Below, piece by piece: positions 1 to 8,608 of a stretch of DNA of 52,884 bases. Numbering within the stretch: position 1 is the first letter of the stretch; every line of letters begins with the position of its first letter. The translations under genes were made by a program, and so were the position numbers. The notes beneath the pieces were generated by a model that was not told the origin of the DNA, did not search any database, and saw only the letters and a list, made by a program, of their open reading frames with translations. The DNA comes from Candidatus Thorarchaeota archaeon (GTDB lineage Archaea; Asgardarchaeota; Thorarchaeia; Thorarchaeales; Thorarchaeaceae): contig SOKL01000045.1 in NCBI GenBank assembly GCA_004376265.1, positions 1 to 52,884 of the forward strand, in the 5' to 3' direction.

Positions 1-311
1 AGAGAATTTTTCCTCGTTCATTGATAGGAGCTTTTCTACTCACACCAATCCTAAGCATCGGTTGATGTCAGATGAAGTATATCATAAAGGAGCTGAGAGA
101 AGTTTAGCTCATGTTCATGGACCTTTCAGAAATCAAGGGAAAGATACTGGATGGTATTGAGAAGGACCTACGCGTTTTATGAAATCGAACCAAGATTGAA
201 AAAGACCTATAGAGAGAAAAGCCACGAATTATGCAGAAATGATTGATAATGAACCTCGAACTAGAAGTCCGTTGTCGTGGTTCAACATTGAAAGCAGGGG
301 GATAATGAATA

Positions 312-836
312 ATGATACCAGTTGCAAAGTGTGGCGATGTATTACTGTTTGTGGGAGTTGACCCGGGTTTTTTAGACACACTAGAGAACCTCTATAGTAA
401 ACCGATATTTGAAACCCAATTCGGTGCAGTACATACGTTTGGTATTTACATAACACCACAGAAAAAGAGAGTTCTGCTCATTGAGCAGTATTATGCTCTA
501 ATTTGGAAGCCCTTTTTTGGTCTTAGATGGCTGAAGTTTGAGGATGTTAACGATGGCTATGTTCGCCTAGAGGATGTCTCCGACTTTGACCGAATGAAAA
601 CGCTTAATGTGGATTTGGGTTTCGGAGAACTTGAAGTCAAACAAGACCACTTCAACAAATGGAGAGGAGATGCACTTACTAACAAACTCATAGAGTATCT
701 TTCACGTCAAGATGTTACCGAGAGATTCCAGAACCTTATAGAAGAAATTTCCAAGGGTGTAGAAGAGGGGAAATATAGACCAAAAAGAATATTCACTAGG
801 ATTGCTCTACGTCAAAAAAGACCAAAATTGGATTAA
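312..836 (+). CDS. hypothetical protein in accessory island
   Basis: 174-aa ORF with protein-like composition; purine-rich GGGGG just upstream; no family recognised. Confidence 0.6.
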   Translation: MIPVAKCGDVLLFVGVDPGFLDTLENLYSKPIFETQFGAVHTFGIYITPQKKRVLLIEQYYALIWKPFFGLRWLKFEDVNDGYVRLEDVSDFDRMKTLNVDLGFGELEVKQDHFNKWRGDALTNKLIEYLSRQDVTERFQNLIEEISKGVEEGKYRPKRIFTRIALRQKRPKLD

Positions 837-920
837 ATACAGAGGAAGGCACTCATTCTCCCTTTATTCTTAAACACAACCCCCATTATTGGTTTGAAAT
901 ATCCGTCTGTCAGGGAGTGA

Positions 921-1003
921 TGGCGTGACGTTATCCCTGGTCATTTTCCTGTGATACAGTTCTCCCAGTGTGAGATAATAACATATCTCGGAATTAACCA
1001 GCT
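921..1003. repeat. 83-bp dispersed element, copy A (inverted relative to 48356-48438)
   Basis: Ungapped manual alignment to the reverse complement of 48356-48438: 65/83 identical; contains a GAGATA-N6-TATCTC inverted repeat. Confidence 0.85.
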
Positions 1004-1009
1004 AGAAGA

Positions 1010-2164
1010 CTATTCTTTCTTTTTGATACTCCTCAGAATATCAAACCAAGAATCGGTAAACAATCTTCCAACATTTACGACCCAAGAAGACTTAGAGCTT
1101 TCCATAGTTTTTCTGTAAATCTGGTTTAACTCAGAATAGAGTCTTGTTATCGTTTTCAATCTAGCAGGACCATACTCGTTATTTATCCAATCATCAAAAT
1201 CATCTTTATCCAGAGTTTCCAGATACTCAAACATTTTCCTATCGTTAGGAATTTGGTCAAATCCCCGATAGATTTCCATCCATTCAAGAAACATATTATC
1301 CCTGGTGTCTTCCAACCAATTTTTCATCTTAGCGAGATTCAGTTTGAGGTGAAAGTGGATTTCTTGATTCTCAGGGGTTTCTGGATCCCATTCCTTATCA
1401 TCAACCTCACTCAACATACCTGCTCTGATAAGTTGTATCATTCCAAAAGCTCTCAATGCTACTGCGTTCATAATATGCTTAGGTAATCGATTTGCATCAG
1501 GTAGTATTTGAAATTCTGTTGCTTCAATGGCACGGTCATAGAATTGATTGTAAACCATATTCTCGATGAATATTGCTTCCTTTCCTTGAGTCGAAATCTT
1601 TGACTCAATTTGTCTTCGAAGGGAGTGTTTGGGGTAGCTTTGCACTTGTTGTTTTGCCAAGTCCCTGTATTCTCCCTGAATCTCAGACAAGAATACCGCA
1701 CTCAATGCTTCACCCTTGAATTTCGTCTTTTCCAATTGAAGTCTCAGTATTTCATTTGGAGTGAGAGGTGGACATTTGTCCTCAACACGTTTGTAAACTC
1801 GTTTATCCACTTCATGAATATCAGTTGACTTTTCTATCTTGATTATTCCATAATCTAGATTATCAAGACTCCTTTCAAACACACCAATTGTTGCTGGCGG
1901 GTTTATTCTTGTTCTAGCCACATCTTGTATAACCTTGGCATCAAAGGAAGCAGAATCAATTCCAACTCGCTCCCACGTTTGGTCGACAACTCCTACAATT
2001 ATGTACCCTCCCCCAGCATTAGCAAAACAAGCTATATCTTTAGCTAACTCTTTTCGTTCACTCTTCCCCTCTAGGGATTGTTTCTCTTTGAAATCAACAT
2101 TACTTGTTTCATCAGGTTTTTCCAAAAATTCCTTTAGAATATCTAATACTTCATCCTCTGCCAC
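1010..2164 (-). CDS. Schlafen/AlbA_2 domain protein with unknown helical C-terminal domain
   Basis: N-terminal ETSNVDFKE...LAKDIACFANAGGGYIIVGVVD...INPP...YKRVEDK signature of AlbA_2. Confidence 0.85.
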   Translation of the reverse strand: MAEDEVLDILKEFLEKPDETSNVDFKEKQSLEGKSERKELAKDIACFANAGGGYIIVGVVDQTWERVGIDSASFDAKVIQDVARTRINPPATIGVFERSLDNLDYGIIKIEKSTDIHEVDKRVYKRVEDKCPPLTPNEILRLQLEKTKFKGEALSAVFLSEIQGEYRDLAKQQVQSYPKHSLRRQIESKISTQGKEAIFIENMVYNQFYDRAIEATEFQILPDANRLPKHIMNAVALRAFGMIQLIRAGMLSEVDDKEWDPETPENQEIHFHLKLNLAKMKNWLEDTRDNMFLEWMEIYRGFDQIPNDRKMFEYLETLDKDDFDDWINNEYGPARLKTITRLYSELNQIYRKTMESSKSSWVVNVGRLFTDSWFDILRSIKKKE

Positions 2165-2267
2165 AGCAATTCAGCTCTCATTTCATCTTGTCTAGCAATC
2201 CCTCAGCACGGAATGGAATCCCCACATCACAATATAGGTAAATCTGTTTCTACGAACCATTTTCCAT

Positions 2268-4640
2268 TTATGGTACTCTCGACATTTCGATTTTCTTAAT
2301 TTTCTTTCGGATTTCTGGATGATTCCTTAGTTTAGATATCATTCGTACGCACCTAATAGTTCGGTCGGGAATTCCAATATCAAGTCGTTCAAGAACTTTC
2401 TGAATATGGTCTGAATTAATATCATCTAGAGAAAGGAGATTAACAAGATTGATGAGGCTATGAAGTAAAACTCCAGGGATCTTTGACTCAAGAACCAAAC
2501 TTTGTAGATTCTGACTTATTTTTGGAAATTTCTTTTTCAATTTTAATAATTCAGAGATTGAATAGCACAGAATGGATGCATCAAAGTATCCATCCCTTTC
2601 CAACATAACATACATGTGCAACCATAATTCTTCATTGGGCCCTGGAGAGGTTAATTCTTGGAATATTAGTCTTATCTGATTCAAGAAACTAGTACTGTCC
2701 CTAAATCCCAGTTGCAACGCTCTGAAGAATAACCTTGTTCTCTCTACAGCATCTTTCTCAACAAGTCCTATATGGAACCAAGATGCAGATTTCACACCTT
2801 TTGGAGATGTGTCACTAAGCTCTTTTGAAGAAAGAAGAGGCCACAACTTCCAATCTTTGTTAAGTGCATATTCAGCTTCTGCTAAACCTCTCCAAGAGCT
2901 TCTCTCCCCCGCATCTATTTTCGAAGCAACACTATAAGCTAGGTGGGATAGTCCATACGCCTCAGTTTGGAAAATGAGCCCTCCTAATCGAATCCATCCC
3001 CCAACATCATTTATCTCAACTGCATATGCATGATCCAATGCTTTTTCGAGTTTATCTATCCTTAACTCGATAGTGCTTTTGTGTTTAAGCGAGATTAAAT
3101 CCCCTACGTTCACTCTTGTTTGTTTAGGTGTTTCATATTTGGGCAATCCAAGCTCCCTAAGTAAGGCCCCTTTCTTCTCTTGTAATTCTAAGATTATGGC
3201 ATCTCTCTCTTTTCGTTGATCTTCTTTTGTTATATTGGGTTGTCGAATTTCTATTGCTCTGAAGAAAACTTCATTTTGTTCAATGATTCTTTTTGACAAA
3301 TCATCAGGGAATCTACCAATCTTAATTCCAGCCTTCTGTAGTACTAGCTCACCTTGTCCTGCGATAGAAGGATTGTAGTCCAGTGTTCCAATCCAAACTT
3401 TTCTGAGTTCCCTAGACCGTATCCAATTTGCACAAGGCCGTTTGTCGTGTTTTCTTGTCGTGCATGGTTCAAGTGTAGTAATAAGGTCTGCACCTCGTAC
3501 ACGTGGATCATCCCTCGCATTTCGTTCCAAAGCTATATACTCAGCATGATTCCCAATCCCTATTTCGCCGCGATATGCTTGAGAGATGATCTCACCATCT
3601 TTTACAATGACGGCTCCCACTTTGGGAGTTGATTTTCCAGACTCAGTCGGACATTTTTCCGCAAGATCAACAGCACGTCTAAAATGGAAATATCCTACTT
3701 TGTTCGGATTGCTTTCATCCAACTCAGTGAGTAATACCTCTTTTTTTGCAAGTCTTACCTCAGCTGCTTCGTGACTCAATAAGATCGAAATTTTCAAAGA
3801 TATATCACGACTATAACTCTGCCAATCATCTATTTTTATAGCGAATCCAGCTTTTTTTGTAAAACTCTTTACATCTTGTGGAGTTCCATCCCCAGTACTT
3901 TCAGGGATCTCTAATCGTTCAGATTTGTACTGTACTACGCCAATGTCATCTTTGGAGTTATTCAAAGATATTGCAGCTGTAATCTCATTTTCAAAAATAA
4001 TTGGACAAGAAAAAAGAACTTCTAGACCATCTTCATTTGCCGATATTGAGATGAAGTGGGTCCATGTGGGTGCAACAAAATCTAAACCCGTTGAATGGGT
4101 AATATCAAAATCGATTCCAAGAGTCTTAGTGACAAAATCAGCAACATTTTCGTAATCGTGAAACGGAAATTCTTCAACTGTCCGTTCCAACATATGATAT
4201 AGACTATTATCAAATTCATAGAATGAATCGCAAGAAAAACGAGCTGTATAGGGTGCTGTATCTCCAAAAAGTCTAGTTTGGTCTCTTGGCCTTAGTACGG
4301 TCCATCGTTGTTTCTTTTCACAAACAAAATGCAGCAGACGATTGTTGACAGTAATGCTTTGTTTCGTGCTAATTTCATCAACTACTCTTTCTAGAGTGTT
4401 GATATCTCGAACCTCGTATTCTAAATGAAATCCCTTGGGAATTGGATATTCTGGCAAATAATGCCCTGGAATTTGTTTCTCGCTTCCAAGAATGACAAGT
4501 CCTCTTATCACCACATACCTGTTGGGTTCTACTTCAGCTGCTAAGACCAGAAGGTGAAGTGAGGAGTATAAAGTTTCGAACTTTTTGATATATTCCCGAA
4601 ATTTACTCAGTTGTTCAATCATTACGAAACATTCCCTCAC
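2268..4640 (-). CDS. multidomain protein with central zinc-dependent cytidine/RibD-type deaminase domain and TPR-like C-terminal region
   Basis: PKVGAVIVKDG, NHAEYIAL and TTLEPCTTRKHDKRPC motifs; helical repeats with W..LG and AY..A patterns downstream. Confidence 0.8.
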   Translation of the reverse strand: MRECFVMIEQLSKFREYIKKFETLYSSLHLLVLAAEVEPNRYVVIRGLVILGSEKQIPGHYLPEYPIPKGFHLEYEVRDINTLERVVDEISTKQSITVNNRLLHFVCEKKQRWTVLRPRDQTRLFGDTAPYTARFSCDSFYEFDNSLYHMLERTVEEFPFHDYENVADFVTKTLGIDFDITHSTGLDFVAPTWTHFISISANEDGLEVLFSCPIIFENEITAAISLNNSKDDIGVVQYKSERLEIPESTGDGTPQDVKSFTKKAGFAIKIDDWQSYSRDISLKISILLSHEAAEVRLAKKEVLLTELDESNPNKVGYFHFRRAVDLAEKCPTESGKSTPKVGAVIVKDGEIISQAYRGEIGIGNHAEYIALERNARDDPRVRGADLITTLEPCTTRKHDKRPCANWIRSRELRKVWIGTLDYNPSIAGQGELVLQKAGIKIGRFPDDLSKRIIEQNEVFFRAIEIRQPNITKEDQRKERDAIILELQEKKGALLRELGLPKYETPKQTRVNVGDLISLKHKSTIELRIDKLEKALDHAYAVEINDVGGWIRLGGLIFQTEAYGLSHLAYSVASKIDAGERSSWRGLAEAEYALNKDWKLWPLLSSKELSDTSPKGVKSASWFHIGLVEKDAVERTRLFFRALQLGFRDSTSFLNQIRLIFQELTSPGPNEELWLHMYVMLERDGYFDASILCYSISELLKLKKKFPKISQNLQSLVLESKIPGVLLHSLINLVNLLSLDDINSDHIQKVLERLDIGIPDRTIRCVRMISKLRNHPEIRKKIKKIEMSRVP

Positions 4641-4715
4641 GTTCTAGTTTACATTATCACTCAACTCTTACTATATTAAAATAGCAGGTGTATCGATTTC
4701 GAAACCAATCATCAA

Positions 4716-4793
4716 ACACCTATGGGACGTGTCAAGCACGGCAACCCCGGTATCGGTGCTACAAAGTCTTCAGCATATGTACCGTTGAAGTAA
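4716..4793 (+). pseudogene. rps19: orphan 3' end of ribosomal protein uS19 gene, copy 1 (putative att scar)
   Basis: Translates TPMGRVKHGNPGIGATKSSAYVPLK*, matching the archaeal S19 / eukaryotic S15 C-terminus (cf. [20 protein letters not shown]); no upstream uS19 coding sequence. Confidence 0.9.
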
Positions 4794-4835
4794 GAACCAG
4801 TATTGTAGCACAGAATCATAAACACTAATTAGTGA

Positions 4836-6779
4836 ATGAGTAATTTCCATTTGTCTGTGGTACAAGTGGGATTCGTAAGAATAGATGAGGTTAGAGTCAA
4901 ACATGTTATTGTATTTCTTTCTCTATCTTTACTCATCGTTGCCCCATTAGTTTCATCCAATCAAAGAGTAACAGAACCTAATGTAGTTGTAGAAGAGTAT
5001 CAAATGGAGGGATCAACAGGATACACAGTCAGCAAAACATCCTGTTCACCTCAAAGTGAAGTTGTAGTCTATAATGGAACTGTCAAGGATCCAGGAGCAG
5101 ATTGGTATTCAGAGAGTTTCCATAGTGAAATCCATACTGGTATAACTAGTGTCAATGTAGAACTTAGCGGCACTGTGCCTATTAGTAATAAGATTTCCCA
5201 TATTTCATGGGCGAAATTCTATGGTAATCCAACCCTACCTCTTTTGAACTATTCTGAAGTGACTGTTTCAGTCCCCCTTAAATCTCTTCGAGGGTCAGCT
5301 AACATAACCGTATATGTGTATCCGAAAGCATGGCCAGATACTGAATATCGTGATTACTGGGAGATTGCCACACATTTAGAAGAGGGCAACTCTGAAACTC
5401 TGGTGTTGAACCCCTCCATTAACAGAACTTACAATCTTAGCTCTGGTTGGATTGTTCGCTCCAATATACTTGTAGACATCATTTCAACAGAAGAGTCACT
5501 AATTCAAATTGGCGAGGTTGTAATCTCAGCCAGGTCAACCGAAGATCTCTATCCAGTCACATTTGATTTTCAAAGTCCTGATGGAGAGAGCCTTCTTCTT
5601 AACCCATACATGTACACACTTCGTGAAACAGACACACATACAGTAAATGGAGAGTTAGCCTGTTATCCAGCGCTGGAACTGACTCGTACAGGAAACATCA
5701 CAGAATCCTCAATTTTTGTGCAGCGAACCTTCAATGAAACCCTCTATCTTGCAGCAGGTCAGTATGAGGGAGTTGCAGGATGGTTCACTATGAGTGAGGG
5801 AATTTCGGGATGGCCCCATATGAGTCTTCATGATTCAACATTCAATGTCAGCTTCGTAGTCGAACCTGGAGATTCAATACTTGTCGAAATTAGAGTAACC
5901 GCGTACCGTCTATCTATTGACCTATCCCCGTCATTCGCCTATAGTGTGGTCTGGATAATCGCTGACGAAGCTAGATATAATGGCCTTTTTCCCTTACAAG
6001 AAACCGAGTATCTATTCATACCTGGGAGTGAAGTATACCTTATCACTTTGGGAGCGTCATTCTTAACAAGTACCTATATCTTTGTAGAGACTGAAGGTTC
6101 AACTAGCGTCAAAGTATCGATCACGTATCCACACTTGTCCTTTTTCGGTATGATTCTCGATTGGGGACAGATGATTGGATTAGTTGGAGCATTGTTGTTG
6201 CTTTCAGTATTCGTTTATGAGGGAATAAAGAACAACTTCGTTGGAATGAGAAAACACTGTAATCATAGAATCAGTTTCCTTCCTATCTCTCTCTCTTTCA
6301 TGACACTGATTTTACCATGGGTGAACTATACTTACGAGAGGACATTCACCAATCCAGCTTTTACTGCATTCGCTACAATTATGGTCCCGATATTTACTAC
6401 GTTCTTCTGGAATCCAACGAGTCAAGTCACACCAATATCAAGTAGCAATCCATTTCCAAATGCAATTCCTATCATTTTCCTCTATTGGATTCCAATAGTC
6501 TATCTTAGTTATTTGATAATTACAAGTAGAAACTGTATCAGTCATGATCTGTCAAGAAATGATATGCATCCTTTACTAAGAATAGCAGTTATTGGAGGAC
6601 CATTCATAATAGGTTGTTATTATCTGTGGCTCTGTATATTGGGATTGTATTTCATCGATATTGGACTAGTTGCGGCACTTCTATCACTACCATCATGGGT
6701 CATCGTTCTCAGATTAGAAAAACGAAATAATCAGATTCAGTCAGCAAATGACAATTCGCAGTCACCAATAAACCCGTAA
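4836..6779 (+). CDS. hypothetical membrane protein (signal peptide, extracellular beta-rich region, ~5-6 C-terminal TM helices); cassette cargo
   Basis: 647-aa ORF with hydrophobic N-terminus, many NxS/T sequons and a hydrophobic C-terminal third; stop codon lies inside uS19 fragment 2; true start uncertain. Confidence 0.75.
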   Translation: MSNFHLSVVQVGFVRIDEVRVKHVIVFLSLSLLIVAPLVSSNQRVTEPNVVVEEYQMEGSTGYTVSKTSCSPQSEVVVYNGTVKDPGADWYSESFHSEIHTGITSVNVELSGTVPISNKISHISWAKFYGNPTLPLLNYSEVTVSVPLKSLRGSANITVYVYPKAWPDTEYRDYWEIATHLEEGNSETLVLNPSINRTYNLSSGWIVRSNILVDIISTEESLIQIGEVVISARSTEDLYPVTFDFQSPDGESLLLNPYMYTLRETDTHTVNGELACYPALELTRTGNITESSIFVQRTFNETLYLAAGQYEGVAGWFTMSEGISGWPHMSLHDSTFNVSFVVEPGDSILVEIRVTAYRLSIDLSPSFAYSVVWIIADEARYNGLFPLQETEYLFIPGSEVYLITLGASFLTSTYIFVETEGSTSVKVSITYPHLSFFGMILDWGQMIGLVGALLLLSVFVYEGIKNNFVGMRKHCNHRISFLPISLSFMTLILPWVNYTYERTFTNPAFTAFATIMVPIFTTFFWNPTSQVTPISSSNPFPNAIPIIFLYWIPIVYLSYLIITSRNCISHDLSRNDMHPLLRIAVIGGPFIIGCYYLWLCILGLYFIDIGLVAALLSLPSWVIVLRLEKRNNQIQSANDNSQSPINP

Positions 6780-6838
6780 AACACAGCAACCCCGGTATAG
6801 GAGCCACAAAATCCTCAGCTTATGTCCCACTGAAATAG
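6755..6838 (+). pseudogene. rps19: orphan 3' end of ribosomal protein uS19 gene, copy 2 (putative att scar)
   Basis: Translates FAVTNKPVKHSNPGIGATKSSAYVPLK*; begins at the F of the conserved GEF motif; 13 of 14 differences from copy 1 in the last 21 codons are synonymous. Confidence 0.9.
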
Positions 6839-6867
6839 ATGGCAATGGTCATTATTTCATGAAACCC

Positions 6868-6910
6868 TGCTCTGTCAGTTTGATTGAGCAGAGTCACTTC
6901 TCTTTTCCAT
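6868..6910 (+). terminator. hairpin plus pyrimidine tract after uS19 fragment 2
   Basis: CTGCTC...GAGCAG stem followed by TTCTCTTTTCC. Confidence 0.35.
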
Positions 6911-6976
6911 TTAGTTTATCACTTCAAATGCAATATATCCCATAGCTGATTCCATTTACGAGAGGGAACGATTCGC

Positions 6977-8194
6977 GTGGAAGAGGAAAGTAGAGGTATA
7001 CCAAGAAACGTCTTGGTTATGTCTGTAGGCAACACGATAACAACGTCAGCAAACTCGCTATGGATAATGTTCATGCCCTATCTTTTTGCTGATGTAGGAA
7101 TAATTCCGTTCTACATTGGAATCATCTTCACAGGCCTGGCAGTATCAAGAGGAACAGCATCACTTGTTGGTGGTAGAGCTGCAGATAGAATGGGTCGAAA
7201 ACAAGTCATCTACATTGGATATGGGAACTACATTCTTGGAGCACTAGTAATTCTCTTTTCCTTGATATTCTTTTCAACCAATACAAACCTCACAGGGCTT
7301 TTTGCAGTTATAGGTTACATGTGGATGATGGTAGGTAGTGGGTTGCAGAGACCTGCCTCATCAATGCTGTTGATAGAAAGTAGTCCACAGAAACGAAGAG
7401 GGCTCTCATTTATGTTCGCTACAAGATTCCTCCCATCAATCCCCCCTGCGGTTCTAATTCTTATAGGAACATCACTATATGTCAACAATCAGTTCTGGCT
7501 TGGTCTTTCCCTAGGTATCGCAGGACTGTTAGTTGTTCTTTTATTATTCATTGTCTTTCTTCAAGAAACACATATTGGAGCGACCCAAAGCCAGCAAAAA
7601 ATGAGAAGGCCGAGTATTCCACGTTTTGATGGTTTCCTAATTCTACTAGTTGCGGCGTTTGCACTTGATGGAATCTCAAGTAGCGGTCTCTCGTGGTACG
7701 TTCCTATCTTTATTGGGCGGGCAAACGTGGACTTCTATGGAGTCATGATATCAGTTTCCACATTAGTTATTGCTATTTCAGCCTTAGTTTCAGGAGGTCT
7801 GGTAGATCGATTCGGAACTAAAACTGCGATTCTTGGAGGTTGGAGTTTACTTGCAGTCACCGTTGCTTTGTTCCCGTTCGGTTCAACATTACTGGAGATA
7901 GTTATCCTCTACTCGATTTGGGCAGGACTGGACATGGTAGATGTATCAGTACCACCTCTCGCAATTGCCGAGAAATATCCAAAGGAAATGCGTGCATCTA
8001 TCATGGGAACCTATTCAATGTCTGTATCCCTTCTGAGCATGGTTGGACCTGTACTGATATCGTTCGGTCTTCTTCTTGGAGATAATGTGCCCTTTTACAT
8101 GAAAGCAGTAATGAACTCTGTTGGAGTCTTATTCTTCATACTTGCCACAAGACCTAGTCAAATCATTGATGATGATGTTTCAGCTCGCCAATGA
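6977..8194 (+). CDS. MFS transporter; cassette cargo
   Basis: GGRAADRMGRK and GGLVDRFGTK motif A copies, ~12 hydrophobic segments; stop codon lies inside uS19 fragment 3. Confidence 0.9.
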   Translation: MEEESRGIPRNVLVMSVGNTITTSANSLWIMFMPYLFADVGIIPFYIGIIFTGLAVSRGTASLVGGRAADRMGRKQVIYIGYGNYILGALVILFSLIFFSTNTNLTGLFAVIGYMWMMVGSGLQRPASSMLLIESSPQKRRGLSFMFATRFLPSIPPAVLILIGTSLYVNNQFWLGLSLGIAGLLVVLLLFIVFLQETHIGATQSQQKMRRPSIPRFDGFLILLVAAFALDGISSSGLSWYVPIFIGRANVDFYGVMISVSTLVIAISALVSGGLVDRFGTKTAILGGWSLLAVTVALFPFGSTLLEIVILYSIWAGLDMVDVSVPPLAIAEKYPKEMRASIMGTYSMSVSLLSMVGPVLISFGLLLGDNVPFYMKAVMNSVGVLFFILATRPSQIIDDDVSARQ

Positions 8195-8262
8195 GACAGG
8201 TAAAGCACGGAAATCCTGGAATCGGTGCTACAAAGTCTTCTGCCTATGTACCGCTGAAATAA
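8179..8262 (+). pseudogene. rps19: orphan 3' end of ribosomal protein uS19 gene, copy 3 (putative att scar)
   Basis: Translates FSSPMRQVKHGNPGIGATKSSAYVPLK*; 9 differences from copy 1 in the last 21 codons, all synonymous. Confidence 0.9.
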
Positions 8263-8353
8263 AAGAAAGGGTGATACCTCTCCCCAATCAGAGCAAAGTT
8301 TCAACGAACAGTTGATATGATTTTGATTCGTAGAGGACATAGGTAGAAGCAAA

Positions 8354-8608
8354 TTGGGAGACTTTTTCCTGACGTATGGTGAAGGCGAGTCGTATTTCCG
8401 ACGGATTGTCTATGCAAACATCATACTTTATGTTGTAATGGCAATCGCCATCGTGTCAGCCTTCATCCTGTTCATGGTGGACATCATTATCCTGATTCTG
8501 ATAGCTCTTATAGCTGGAATTGCTTCTCTCGCGTGCTCTCTGCTTTTTATATCGAGGAATCCTCCAGCTGAGTACGATGAAGAAACCCTCGACCATCTTC
8601 TAGAATAG
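8354..8608 (+). CDS. small two-TM membrane protein
   Basis: 84-aa ORF, TTG start after AGGTAG, two long hydrophobic helices, acidic tail. Confidence 0.65.
   Translation: MGDFFLTYGEGESYFRRIVYANIILYVVMAIAIVSAFILFMVDIIILILIALIAGIASLACSLLFISRNPPAEYDEETLDHLLE

Noticed and set aside
1-310. Possible gene remnant at the window start (ORFs 104-379 and 229-459)
   Set aside because: All frames are interrupted or look non-coding; no recognisable family
930-960. TGA conserved in one frame of both 83-bp element copies (TGK*PG), considered as selenocysteine
   Set aside because: No start, no SECIS and no selenoprotein motif
2205-2220. AGCACGGAA-TGGAATC resembles uS19 fragment 3 (AGCACGGAAATCCTGGAATC) between the AlbA_2 and deaminase genes; possible fourth scar
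   Set aside because: Only 16 nt with a 4-nt gap and no similarity on either side; compatible with chance
4716-8262. CRISPR or classical integron attC interpretation of the three repeats
   Set aside because: Spacing is 1.4-2 kb, the repeats are not palindromic, lack RYYYAAC/GTTRRRY ends and vary in a codon-wise pattern; no cas or intI gene is present
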